From: an uncultured Oscillospiraceae bacterium | GTDB taxonomy: Bacteria; Bacillota; Clostridia; Oscillospirales; Oscillospiraceae | NCBI GenBank assembly: GCA_964495355.1 | Contig: CAZBVU010000003.1 | Coordinates: 8,775-72,774, forward strand | Direction: 5' to 3' | Length of the DNA: 64,000 nt | Shown: one piece after another, positions 30,145-39,900 of the stretch | Numbering within the stretch: the stretch's first letter is position 1 | Layout of the letters: each line of letters starts with the position of its first letter | Notes under the pieces: model-generated | Seen by the model: only the letters and a program-made list of their open reading frames with translations | Database searches by the model: none | Told to the model about the DNA's origin: nothing | Made by a program: the position numbers and the translations under genes

Positions 30145-30918
30145 ATGAAAATGAAAGTATATTTACTTGACCTAGGCTGGATGGAAGCTGACCGAAACTA
30201 TATGTTTGCAGGTGCATCCCGTGGCTCCGTTGATGATAAAAATGCAGCAAATATATGGGGACGCGTTCCAATCGAGCGGGCATATATAGACCACCCTATG
30301 GGTAAAATAATGATAGACGCAGGTGTTAACAAATGCCTCTGCTCTTCAAAGCTTAATCCTTACGTTCACACGAAGGAACAGACCCTTGATTATCAGCTTT
30401 CTCTATGCGGTGTTACGCCAGAGGAAATAGATTACCTCATTGTCACTCATATGCATGTTGATCATATTGGGCAGATAGACAGATTCAAAAATGCCAAGGT
30501 AATCGTCCAGCGCAGTGAGCTACATCAAGCTCTGTTTGCAACCCACACTAATTCAGATCATTCCTTTATACGCGAGGACGTAGATGTTGCAGCAGATTTC
30601 ATGATTTTGGATGGCGATTATCAACTTGCCGAGGATATCCGTCTCATACATCTTCCTGGGCACACCGACGGCCAGATGGGTGTCATTCTGACCTTGAGTG
30701 ATGGAAACTATATATTCACCTCTGACGCAGTCAACACTGCGGAGTCTTATGGTCCACCTGCTGTGGCACCTGCAAAAGCGCCATGGGATTCTCGCGCTTG
30801 GCGTGCCTCGGTTGAAAAGGTTCGCCGCCTTGCAGCTGAATATAACGCAAAAATAGTTTTCGGTCATGATCAAAACCAGTATTTCAAACTTAAAAAAGCA
30901 CCTGCGTATTACGAATAA
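30145..30918 (+). CDS. MBL-fold metallo-hydrolase, lactonase-like (paralog 2)
   Basis: VTHMHVDHIG, LPGHTDG, GHD. Clearly paralogous to 27412-28215 (DYQLSLCGVTPEEIDYLIV... versus EYQLSLCGVKPEEIDYVIM...). Confidence 0.8.
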   Translation: MKMKVYLLDLGWMEADRNYMFAGASRGSVDDKNAANIWGRVPIERAYIDHPMGKIMIDAGVNKCLCSSKLNPYVHTKEQTLDYQLSLCGVTPEEIDYLIVTHMHVDHIGQIDRFKNAKVIVQRSELHQALFATHTNSDHSFIREDVDVAADFMILDGDYQLAEDIRLIHLPGHTDGQMGVILTLSDGNYIFTSDAVNTAESYGPPAVAPAKAPWDSRAWRASVEKVRRLAAEYNAKIVFGHDQNQYFKLKKAPAYYE

Positions 30919-30977
30919 CAGTTCTCTAATATTCTTATATAATACCTGCGGACGTTGATTTATTCATAAACGAACAA

Positions 30978-31015
30978 CCCCCCCAGTGCAAAGGTTAACC
31001 TTGCACTGGGGGGGG
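30978..31015. repeat. palindromic hairpin, copy 2 (terminator shared by MBL paralog 2 and rpsR)
   Basis: CCCCCCCAGTGCAAAGGTTAACCTTGCACTGGGGGGGG followed by TTATTTTA. The core is identical to 21789-21821 apart from one stem base and the C/G-run lengths. Confidence 0.85.
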
Positions 31016-31034
31016 TTATTTTATCTCAATTAGA

Positions 31035-31274
31035 TCAGTCGGTCACGTAGGGCAGAAGAGCGATCTGACGGGATCTCTTTATTGCCTCGGTGAGCTCACG
31101 CTGATGCATTGCGCAAACACCGGTCGTGCGGCGGGGCAGGATCTTGCTGCGCTCGGAGAGATAGCGCTTAAGCTTTACAGTGTCCTTATAGTCGATGGAC
31201 GTAGCCTTGTCGACACAGAACTGGCAAACTTTTCTGCGCTTGCGGTTTTTGGGGTTGTTCTTATCGAAAGCCAT
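31035..31274 (-). CDS. rpsR: 30S ribosomal protein S18
   Basis: 79 aa. KVCQFCVDK...DYKD...[42 protein letters not shown]. Confidence 0.95.
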   Translation of the reverse strand: MAFDKNNPKNRKRRKVCQFCVDKATSIDYKDTVKLKRYLSERSKILPRRTTGVCAMHQRELTEAIKRSRQIALLPYVTD

Positions 31275-31332
31275 TAGCTGATTCCTCCTGTTAGATTTTT
31301 TTGCGGGCGGCGGTCACACCGCCATTGCCCAA

Positions 31333-31779
31333 TTAGAACGGCAGATCGTCATCGCCATCATCAAGCTCTTCAAACGTGCTTGATGCGGGAGCGCTGCTCC
31401 TCGCGGCATCGTAGCTGTAGCTTGCGTGGCCGGTACTGCCGGAGTCACCATCGCGGCGGCGACTCTCGCCAAAATAGATATTGTCAGCAACTATTTCCCA
31501 ATTGACGCGATTATTACCCTCGCGATCCTGCCATTTGCGGGATTGCAGTCTGCCGGAAACGACCGCCATACTGCCCTTGGCGAAATACTTATTGACAAAT
31601 TCGGCTGTCTGGCGCCATGCAACGCAGTCGATAAAATCGGTCTGCCTCTCGCCGCCGTCACGCGAAGCAAAGTCGCGGTCAACAGCAACAGTGAACGACG
31701 CCACGGGGGTCTGGGACTGGGTATACCGCATTTCGGGATCCCTTGTCAGACGACCCATAATAACAATGTGATTAAGCAT
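31333..31779 (-). CDS. ssb: single-stranded DNA-binding protein
   Basis: OB-fold N-terminus MLNHIVIMGRLTRDPEMRYT and an acidic tail ending DDDLPF. Confidence 0.95.
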   Translation of the reverse strand: MLNHIVIMGRLTRDPEMRYTQSQTPVASFTVAVDRDFASRDGGERQTDFIDCVAWRQTAEFVNKYFAKGSMAVVSGRLQSRKWQDREGNNRVNWEIVADNIYFGESRRRDGDSGSTGHASYSYDAARSSAPASSTFEELDDGDDDLPF

Positions 31780-31791
31780 GATCCGCTCTCC

Positions 31792-32088
31792 TTACTCTGC
31801 GCGCAGGGTTATCAGACGACGCAGAATGCCATCGGTGATACCGAGAACACGGTCAAGCTCAGCAGGGAAATCAGCACCGCTGGTGAACTTCATCAGCACA
31901 TAGTAACCCTCAGAAATGTAGTTGATCTCATAAGCGAGCTTGCGCTTGCCCATTTCCTCCAACTCTTCCAGAGTACCATTTGCCTCAACAAGTGCCTTGA
32001 ACTTCTCAACAACAGCTGCGGTCTCTTCCTCAGTGAAGTTGGGGTTGATAATGTACATTACTTCGTACTTCTCACTTGCTTTTGCCAT
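31792..32088 (-). CDS. rpsF: 30S ribosomal protein S6
   Basis: 98 aa. YEVMYIINPNFTEEE...GKRKLAYEI. First gene of the canonical rpsF-ssb-rpsR operon. Confidence 0.95.
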   Translation of the reverse strand: MAKASEKYEVMYIINPNFTEEETAAVVEKFKALVEANGTLEELEEMGKRKLAYEINYISEGYYVLMKFTSGADFPAELDRVLGITDGILRRLITLRAE

Positions 32089-32195
32089 GATTGCACCTCC
32101 TTTTGGTCTAGTGGCCCCTCCTCACAGGGAGGAGCAAGGATGCCCGTATCTTCTGACAGGCCAACTAATTATAACGTTTTTTTCGGCTTTGTCAA
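32089..32195 (-). promoter_or_regulatory. consensus promoter and structured 5' leader of the rpsF-ssb-rpsR operon
   Basis: On the minus strand, TTGACA (32195-32190) is followed by a 16-nt spacer and TATAAT (32173-32168). The leader contains a hairpin, CTCCTC/GAGGAG on the plus-strand reading (32118-32134), and the RBS AAGGAGG. Confidence 0.55.
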
Positions 32196-32203
32196 GAGCT
32201 TTT

Positions 32204-32719
32204 TCAGCTTTTTTCTGTAAATCCCTCAACATTTTTTCCTATGCGACTGGCTATGTACGCCTCAACCTCGCAAATCTCCATCTCAAGGGCGACTGACAGC
32301 TCACCATGGAGGATATCCTTGGCGCGCTTCATGGTGGATTCTGCGCGGCTGGACTTGGTTTTGCGCTCGTTCATGCGCTCATGCAGACCCTTTACCACCG
32401 ACACCAGCGCCTCACAGGTATGCTGCTTAAAAAGCTCTCTATAAAAGGCATCGACATGGTTAAAGCGGTTATCATTGCAGACAGCCGGCTCAATACCGGG
32501 TATTGCATCAATCAGCGCCTCGGCCTCATCGCGCGTCATGACAGGGCGCATAAACGCCCCCGAATCCACCGGTGCGAAATATGTTCCGCTGCCGGTCAGC
32601 GGTGTGAGGTAATAATAAAGCTTGTCCGCAGGCGCGCCCTGCATCTCCAGCGGTGCGATCTTTTCCACCGTGCAGACACCGTTCTCCCCGTAAATAATTT
32701 TCTCTCCTACTGTATACAT
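32204..32719 (-). CDS. CarD/CdnL/TRCF-RID family transcriptional regulator
   Basis: The N-terminal Tudor-like MYTVGEKIIYGENGVCTVEKIAPLEM...YYYLTP matches the CarD_CdnL_TRCF domain pattern. 171 aa. Confidence 0.7.
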   Translation of the reverse strand: MYTVGEKIIYGENGVCTVEKIAPLEMQGAPADKLYYYLTPLTGSGTYFAPVDSGAFMRPVMTRDEAEALIDAIPGIEPAVCNDNRFNHVDAFYRELFKQHTCEALVSVVKGLHERMNERKTKSSRAESTMKRAKDILHGELSVALEMEICEVEAYIASRIGKNVEGFTEKS

Positions 32720-33147
32720 CCCAATACTCCTCCATTATGGCGCTCCGCCCTGCCGATAACAGCGCAAAAAACGCGCCATACCGTGCTTTTTCACCGCCGC
32801 TTACCCAGTTGCCATGCAGTGAAAGGCACACACAGATGCAAATGGCCAAAAATTCCCCTACTATATTATCTATATTTCTATTTTACAATAAGTTCGAGAA
32901 AATTTCCAATAGTTTTTTTAATTTTTTAAGAAATTTTGTCCCTTTGGCGCGATTGAACATAGATTAGATGCACCACAGCATATAATTTCTGGCCGCCAGT
33001 ATGCCGTGGTGCAAGTAAAGCTTGCGTTCAGGCGAATAAATTGGTATATTATAAGATAATGCGTGCATCATTACGCGGCAATGTTTTGTGTTTTTACTCT
33101 CGCTGCCCTTGTGCGCACAACGATTATTACTTGCCGGAGATTTCACT

Positions 33148-34632
33148 GTGAAGCTTTATTTTTTCGGACATGATTATAAATACGCGGCAGAGCAAATACT
33201 TCTGACGATGTTCCCCACCGAACGGCCTGAATACCCCGACGGCAAGCCTGAAGGGGACCGGATGGAGCTTCGGCTCAGTCAGGGTAAAAAGTTCGTTACC
33301 GCGACATGTGCGCTGCATATCGGCGGCGCTGTTTACCGCGGCCGCGCGGCGATGAAGCGGGATATGCTTGACAGCGAACTGATGACTGACCGTTATTGCC
33401 AGCGCCTGATCAAAAATGCCGCATACCGCGCGGCGATCGCCTCCGGCGTCAGCCGCCCCGCGTGGGGGGCACTGACCGGTGTACGCCCGGGCAAGCTCAT
33501 GACGCCGCTGCTTTTATCCGGCATGACGGACGACGAAGCCGTGCATGAGTTTATTGAGAAATATGATGTCACGCCGGAGCGTGCGCAGCTATGTCTGGAA
33601 ACCAGCCGCGTCACGCTAAAGGCGATAGAAAGTCTGGGTGCGAACGACATATGCCTGTACGTTGGCATCCCGTTCTGCCCCACGCGCTGTGCGTATTGCA
33701 GCTTTGTCAGTCAGTCGGTTGAAAAGAGCATGAAGCTGGTTGAGCCGTTTCTGGAAGCACTTCACAAAGAGCTGACCGCTACAGCGCAGGAGGTTCGTGC
33801 GCTGGGGCTGTCGGTAGTGTCGATATACATGGGCGGCGGCACGCCCACAACGCTGTCTGCGGCACAGCTTGACACGCTCTGCACACGCATTGAAAGTGAA
33901 TTTGACCTCACCCATCTGCGCGAATACACGGTAGAGGCCGGGAGGCCTGACACGATAAGCGCGGATAAGCTGGCCGTACTGCATCGCCACGGTGTTGACA
34001 GGATAAGCGTAAATCCGCAGACCATGTCCGACACAGTGCTGGAGGCGATAGGCCGCCGCCACACGGCAGACGATATTGTAAAGGCACTGTCGATGGTGAG
34101 GGCTGAGGGTGGCTTTGATGTGAACATGGATCTCATCGCAGGTCTCCCAGCCGACAGTGTGGATGGCTTCCGCGACACGGTGCAGCGCGTGCTCGCCCTC
34201 GCGCCGGAAAATATCACCGTTCACACCCTGTCGCTTAAAAAGGGGTCACGCATCACGCTGGAGGGTGCAGTTCTGCCCGATGCCGCAGAGGTCGGTGCAA
34301 TGCTGGACTATGCCCATGATGCGCTCACGGCAGCAGGCTACAGCCCATATTATCTCTATCGGCAGAAATTCATGTCCGGCGGGTTTGAAAATGTCGGCTG
34401 GGCTAAGAACGGCAGAATAAATCTATACAACATATGCATAATGGAGGAGCTGTGCAGCATCCTCGCCCTTGGCGGCGGTGGCTCAACAAAGCTGGTGCAT
34501 CCTGCCGCCGGGCGCAACATCCGCCTTGTCGCGCCGAAATACCCGCTGGAATACATAAACGGCATTGACAAGGTGTGTCAGGACAAGGAAGAGATCAGCC
34601 GCTTTTACAACAACAGCAAACAGGAGGAATGA
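33148..34632 (+). CDS. hemZ: coproporphyrinogen dehydrogenase HemZ-type radical SAM protein
   Basis: GTG start (VKLYFFGHDYKYAAEQILL...) 8 nt after GGAG. Radical-SAM cluster motif GIPFCPTRCAYCSF. HemN-like C-terminal part. Confidence 0.75.
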   Translation: MKLYFFGHDYKYAAEQILLTMFPTERPEYPDGKPEGDRMELRLSQGKKFVTATCALHIGGAVYRGRAAMKRDMLDSELMTDRYCQRLIKNAAYRAAIASGVSRPAWGALTGVRPGKLMTPLLLSGMTDDEAVHEFIEKYDVTPERAQLCLETSRVTLKAIESLGANDICLYVGIPFCPTRCAYCSFVSQSVEKSMKLVEPFLEALHKELTATAQEVRALGLSVVSIYMGGGTPTTLSAAQLDTLCTRIESEFDLTHLREYTVEAGRPDTISADKLAVLHRHGVDRISVNPQTMSDTVLEAIGRRHTADDIVKALSMVRAEGGFDVNMDLIAGLPADSVDGFRDTVQRVLALAPENITVHTLSLKKGSRITLEGAVLPDAAEVGAMLDYAHDALTAAGYSPYYLYRQKFMSGGFENVGWAKNGRINLYNICIMEELCSILALGGGGSTKLVHPAAGRNIRLVAPKYPLEYINGIDKVCQDKEEISRFYNNSKQEE

Positions 34633-34635
34633 ACA

Positions 34636-35571
34636 ATGGCCTATGATCTTGAAAACATAAATTTCCGAACAGTCAGCGACCCGAAAGCCTTTGTGCAGGA
34701 AAGTGACGCGCAGTATCAGGCCAAGGTGGAAACTGCCGCCGAGAAGATAATAGAAAACCGCGCAAGAAGCCCCATCGTGCTTCTGTCAGGCCCGTCCGGT
34801 TCAGGCAAAACCACCACTGCGATGAAGGTTGCCGCAGAGTTGGAGCGGCGCGGCGTGGGCACGCACTACGTCAGCATGGATAACTACTTCAACACTATTG
34901 ACCCTGCCACTGTGCCGCGCACACCTGAAGGTGAGATGGATCTGGAATCCCCGCTGTGTCTGGATATGGAGCTTCTCAACAGGCATTTTTCCATGCTTGC
35001 CGCGGGTGAGCGTATTTTCGTGCCGAAGTACGAGTTTTCGCGCAAAATGCGCATACAGGAGCCGTTTTCGTCCATCAAGCTGAAAAAGGATGAAGTCGTG
35101 ATATTCGAGGGCATCCATGCGTTAAGCGATATGATAACGGATAAGCACCCTGAGGCGTTCAAGCTGTACATTTCCGCGCGGAGCAATGTGGAATTCAACG
35201 GTCAGGTTGTGTTCAAAGGGACATGGTTCCGCCTTGTGCGCCGCACCGTGCGCGACCATCTGTTCCGCGGCTCTGACCCGGCTGAGACCATGGCGATGTG
35301 GGCAAATGTCCGTCGCGGCGAGAAGCTGTATATTTCTCCGTTCAAGAACAAGGCCGACTATCAGTTCGACTCTTCCCTCCCCTACGAGCCGGCAGTGTTC
35401 AACACCATCGCAACCGAGCTTTTCTCTGCCGTGCCGGAGGGTATAGAGCGCTTTGAGGAGCTGCGCTCCGTTCTGCCTGCGATTCAGCTTTTCGGCCACA
35501 TTGATGAGGCGCTTGTCGCCCCTGACGGTCTGCTGAGAGAGTTTATCGGCGGCGGTGTGTACGAATACTAA
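34636..35571 (+). CDS. uridine-kinase-family nucleoside kinase-like P-loop protein
   Basis: Walker A motif LLSGPSGSGKTTTA. 311 aa. Starts 4 nt after hemZ. Confidence 0.6.
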   Translation: MAYDLENINFRTVSDPKAFVQESDAQYQAKVETAAEKIIENRARSPIVLLSGPSGSGKTTTAMKVAAELERRGVGTHYVSMDNYFNTIDPATVPRTPEGEMDLESPLCLDMELLNRHFSMLAAGERIFVPKYEFSRKMRIQEPFSSIKLKKDEVVIFEGIHALSDMITDKHPEAFKLYISARSNVEFNGQVVFKGTWFRLVRRTVRDHLFRGSDPAETMAMWANVRRGEKLYISPFKNKADYQFDSSLPYEPAVFNTIATELFSAVPEGIERFEELRSVLPAIQLFGHIDEALVAPDGLLREFIGGGVYEY

Positions 35572-35591
35572 AAATCAGATAATATACGCGT

Positions 35592-35626
35592 AAAAGCGCA
35601 GACGTTAAACCACGTCTGCGCTTTTT
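35592..35626. terminator. bidirectional terminator
   Basis: AAAAGCGCAGACG-TTAAACCA-CGTCTGCGCTTTTT. Confidence 0.8.
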
Positions 35627-35644
35627 GATTTCAATGTGAATAAA

Positions 35645-36427
35645 TCAGTCGATATGTATAAGCTTTGCGCTAAGCTCTGATGCCTTTACGTTGGGGTTAT
35701 GGTATCTCTCACGCTTTACGCTGAGACCGCCGAGGTCTATGGCCTTCTGCGGGCAGTATTGCAGACAGCTCAGGCACTGTATGCAGTTGCCGCCGATGAC
35801 GGCCTTGCCGTTTTCAAGGCGGATATTCCCCTTCGGGCAGAGTGTGACGCACTGGCCGCAGCCGATGCAGCTTGCGTTCGCGCGCATTTTCGCACCCTTT
35901 TTGGCAGAAAGCGTCGGCCACATATTAGACTCCACCACGTTCAGCGGGTTGTTCGGCGGACGTCTATCGCGGCGGCGTGCGGAGAGAATCTCACCCGCGA
36001 CAGCCTTTGCAAGCTTCTCTGCGCGGCTTTGCGCCTTGTCAGCGGGCAGCATGGGCATCATCAGCCCGTGCGGGAACAGCCATATGCACGAGCACTGGTG
36101 CGTGATCTTCGCCCAGTAGTCAAGGTGGATGATCTCATCCAGCTTATAAAGACCTGTGCCGAGATACGCCGCGCAGGAGCACACGCCGAAGGTGTAGGCG
36201 TTGGGGCTGATCTGAAGCTGGGAAACGTATTTTTCAACATCACCCGGCAGACCGCCGCCGTAGCACGGGAACACAAAGCCAACGCGCCTTGCATCGCGCA
36301 CGTCCTTTACAGCCGGTTCAGAGCGCATCATGACAATATCCGTATCGCCAAGCTCACCGGCAATGGTTTTTGCTATGTCCAGGCAGTTGCCGCTGCCTGA
36401 AAAACAGAATATAACGTTTTTGCTCAT
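35645..36427 (-). CDS. flavodoxin-like / 2x[4Fe-4S] ferredoxin fusion (EFR1 family)
   Basis: N-terminal IFCFSGSGNC flavodoxin-like start. C-terminal CIGCGQCVTLCP...CIQCLSCLQYCP. Confidence 0.7.
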   Translation of the reverse strand: MSKNVIFCFSGSGNCLDIAKTIAGELGDTDIVMMRSEPAVKDVRDARRVGFVFPCYGGGLPGDVEKYVSQLQISPNAYTFGVCSCAAYLGTGLYKLDEIIHLDYWAKITHQCSCIWLFPHGLMMPMLPADKAQSRAEKLAKAVAGEILSARRRDRRPPNNPLNVVESNMWPTLSAKKGAKMRANASCIGCGQCVTLCPKGNIRLENGKAVIGGNCIQCLSCLQYCPQKAIDLGGLSVKRERYHNPNVKASELSAKLIHID

Positions 36428-36554
36428 AATTGCCTCCTTAATTTATTTATAATGATTGCATTGTACCATCTTTTAAATTATTTTACCCCTTTCTTTCACG
36501 CTGCGCAATAATCAATCGCTTAAAATCTGTATAGACAATTTTTCTCCCCCCTGA

Positions 36555-36583
36555 TTGTACTTAGAATAATGTTGTGGTATAAT
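36555..36583 (+). promoter_or_regulatory. sigma-A-type promoter with extended -10
   Basis: TTGTAC (36555-36560), 17-nt spacer, TGgTATAAT (36575-36583). Confidence 0.55.
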
Positions 36584-36584
36584 A

Positions 36585-36800
36585 GGTGCAAATTGAATAG
36601 CCGCTGCGGTGCGAAGCGCTTACGCGCAGAGCCTAACAAGGAATCCGGTGTGAATCCGGAGCAGTCCCGCTGCTGTATATGGTGACGATGGCATATTAAA
36701 CCACTGAGATATTATTCTTGGGAAGGTTTGCCGGAGGATGAGCCATGAGTCAGAAGACTTGCCGCAATGGCTGAAAGTCAACCGTCCCGAGGAGGATGAG
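36585..36800 (+). promoter_or_regulatory. cobalamin (B12) riboswitch aptamer
   Basis: Conserved core GGAATCCGGTGTGAATCCGGAGCAGTCCCGCTGCTGTA (36640-36677). CCACTG...TGGGAAGG (36701-36726). B12-box-like AGTCAGAAGACTTGCC (36748-36763). Confidence 0.85.
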
Positions 36801-36813
36801 GCTGGCCTGAAAA

Positions 36814-36890
36814 AAGCACAGAGAAATCTGTGCTTGGGTTTGTGTTGCGTCATAGTCTCCATCTCTCACGGGAATGGAGATTTTTCATTT
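36814..36890 (+). terminator. riboswitch expression platform with two candidate attenuator hairpins
   Basis: AAGCACAG-AGAAAT-CTGTGCTT followed by GGGTTTGTGTT (36814-36846). TCTCCAT-(11 nt)-ATGGAGA followed by TTTTTCATTT (36856-36890), immediately before RBS GGAGGA and the ATG at 36902. Confidence 0.55.
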
Positions 36891-36901
36891 GGAGGAACAC
36901 C

Positions 36902-39900
36902 ATGAAAAAACGCATTACCTCTCTTGCACTGGCGCTGATAATGCTGTGCGGCATGATGCCCATGGGCGCATTTGCCGACGATGCTGTGCCGGTGGAAACC
37001 GTCGTTATCGAAACACCGCCCCTCTCTGTCGAGCCGGAGCTCACCCCCGCACCCGCTCCCACGCCTGCATCCGAGTCGGAATCCACCCCCGCGCCCGCTA
37101 CAAGTGCAGAACCTGCACCGGACGCAGAATCTACCGTTGAACCTGTGCCAAGTGCAGAGCCGACAGTTGAGCCTACACCTAGCGCCGAACCCACGCCTAG
37201 TGCAGAAGAAGATGACGCAGATGATGAAATCGCGCTGCTTGGCGGTATTTCCACCTACGCACTGAGCGCATTTGATGAGTCCCTGCTCAACGGCATCCCC
37301 GCCGCGGCAAGCAACTCCGGCTGGAAAAGCGACGGCAGCATGATAGTGTCTGGCAATAAGGGGCAATTTTACAGCTCTGCCACGCTGACGCTGACATTCA
37401 CAACGGATGCGCATATATCTTTTCAGTACAAAGTCTCCTCCGGAAGAAGTGATTATTTTTCCGTCAAGCACAACTCAACGGCTATAGTCAACAATGTATC
37501 CGGTGTTACCGACTGGGTCGGCGTTGCCGTTGATGTGAAGGCAGATGATACCCTCACGTTTGTCTACAGAAAGGGCGGCAACTACAGCACCGGCGTTGAT
37601 GACCGCGCATATCTCACCGGCTTTTCTGCGGGTGAGCCCACTGTAGTCACATTCTACGCCAACAACGGGACTGACGACAGCACCACGCAGAACTTCTACG
37701 GCACAGCCGCGTTGAATGCAAACACATTCACCAAGGATCACGCCGTGTTTGATGGCTGGGCACTCACCGCTGATGGTGAGAAGAAGTATGACGACAAAGA
37801 GACCATAGATAAGCCCACCGAAGCACTTAGCCTGTACGCACTGTGGGCAGATGCAAAGGTCGTCAGCTTTTATAACGGGACAGGCGGGCTTATCGCGTCC
37901 GTAAACATCCGCACCGGCAGTGCCATCCCCGTTGACGCTATTCCCTCGCCTGCAAGCAACGGATATATATTCTCCGGCTGGCGCGTTGACGGCGCGGAAT
38001 TCAACACTGCCGCGCCGATAACAGCAGATATCACCCTCACCGCCGCGTGGACGCCCATCGAATACACTGTGCGCTTCTCGGCCAACAACGGCGCGGGCAG
38101 TATGGCCGATATGGCCGGTCTGAAGTACGGCGAAAGCTATTATCTGCCCAAGTGCAGCTTTGCCAGAGAGGGTTATACTTTTGCCGGCTGGGGCAGCTCA
38201 TCTTACACCAGCACCGCTTCATACGCTGATGAAGCGGCCGTTTCAAACCTCAGTTCCACAAACGGCGCAGTCGTTACGCTGTACGCTGTGTGGTACGGCA
38301 AGCAGGTGCCGGTCACGGTCGATCTGAACTATGACATTGAAAACCGCGTAAGCACACGCACCTGCGTTGTAGGTCAAAACTACAACTACATCTACAACGA
38401 GGCAACCGGCAGCGCAAAGTATTCATCGCTTTCCGACCCGAAGCGTGACGGATACAGATTCCTCGGCTGGTACACCGCCGCAGAGGGCGGGGATAAAATC
38501 ACCACCTCGGATAAATTCACCTCTACTGACGCTGTGACCATGTATGCCCACTGGGTAAAGACCGTCACCATAACATTTGATGCAAACGGCGGCAGCTGCT
38601 ACACCAAAACAAAGGTCATAGATGAGGGCAGTACCTGCTCCGGCTTGCCCTCGGCAAGTCTCAGCGGCAAGACCTTTATCGGCTGGTTCACCGAGATAGA
38701 CGGCGGCCAGCAGGTAACTACCGACACGACCTTTACCACCGACACTATCCTTTATGCGCACTATAAGAACAAGCAGTACATATTAGTGTTCAACGCGAAC
38801 GGCGCTGACGGTGAGATGGAGAGCATCACCGCAGATTCCGGCGTTGAATATACCCTCCCGCCCTGCTCTTTCACGCGTGACGGGTATAATTTCAAGCACT
38901 GGTCAACCTCCTCTTACGATTCAAGCTACTCCACGCGCTATTCCGACGGCGGCACGATAGAATACACCGCAAGCTATGATAACGCGAGATATAACCTATA
39001 CGCCATATGGGAGCAGACGGTTTTCGGCAAGGCGTTTGACGCGATAAAAGCCGCCCTGCCTGATAATAACACCGTTTACACCACCGGTGCACTGAAGCTC
39101 CCCTCCGGCGGTGATGGTTGGAGCGTGGAGTACAGCAGCGATAACAGCAGCTATATAAGCTCCACCGCCGAGGTTCTCACTCTCCCCACCAGCGGCACAA
39201 AAGCCGTCACCATAACCGCGACAGTGACTGACACCGCAAACGGCACAAGCCAGACGCGCGATTACACCCTCACGCTGTACTCTGCCGAGGCAAAACAGGC
39301 CGAGGACACGCTGAAAGAGGCGCTGGGCAAGCTGACAGGGAATTTCACGCCGGTATATGGCACAGATAAAAACGCCTGCCGCGCGCTGGAAGCCCTTCTT
39401 GAAAGCAAGGGCTATGAGGGTATACGCGTGTCCGTGAAAACTCCCGCCGCCGATGATTGCGCGTCTATCGCCGCCGATGGTACTATAAGCTATCATTTTG
39501 ATGACAAAATGACCGGCAGTGACTCCTATCTGCGGCCGGTATACTCTTTCACGCTGTCCGGCGTGACACTGGATAAGGAGCTTCAAACCCGCCTGACATG
39601 GGATCTGGGCAAGGCGCAGGCGCGCATTGATGCACTCGCCGCGTCAATCACCGTCCCCAAGGAGCTTTCAGCCGATGATACGCTGACGCTGCCGAAATAT
39701 CAGCTAAAATCCGGTATTGACCCTGACACTGCCGATTACAGCGATTACACGCAGTTTGACTCATGGGCAACCATCACCTGGGCAGCCGCAGACGCAAGCG
39801 GTGAGGACAGCGAAATACTGAAAATCGGCGCATCCGGCGGCAGCTCCGGCTATTACGCGCCGCACACCGTCACCATCGCGCAGCCGAAAGACGATACCAA

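Noticed and set aside
27412-30918. Interpreting the two MBL-fold genes as metallo-beta-lactamase resistance determinants.
   Set aside because: Neither has a signal peptide. Their size, motif spacing and genomic context (transporters, LysR, reductases) fit cytoplasmic lactonase or hydrolase-type MBL proteins better than class B beta-lactamases. I could not exclude the resistance interpretation without a search.
21789-31015. Calling the hairpin-flanked block a mobile element or genomic island with mobility genes.
   Set aside because: I recognised no integrase, transposase, recombinase, relaxase or phage gene inside or next to it. Only the duplicated hairpin and the composition support acquisition, so it is reported as a finding and not annotated as a mobile_element.
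36830-36901. The 24-codon N-terminal extension of the giant ORF given in the ORF track.
   Set aside because: The extension lies inside the riboswitch expression platform and attenuator hairpins and has no RBS. The ATG at 36902 has a GGAGGA RBS and begins a canonical signal peptide.
37020-37215. An apparent tandem DNA repeat or VNTR (recurring GAGCC/ACACC/AGTGCAGA units).
   Set aside because: It is the coding sequence of a P/T/E/S/A-rich interdomain linker. The repeats are short and imperfect and stay in frame, so this is not an independent repeat element or a CRISPR-like array.
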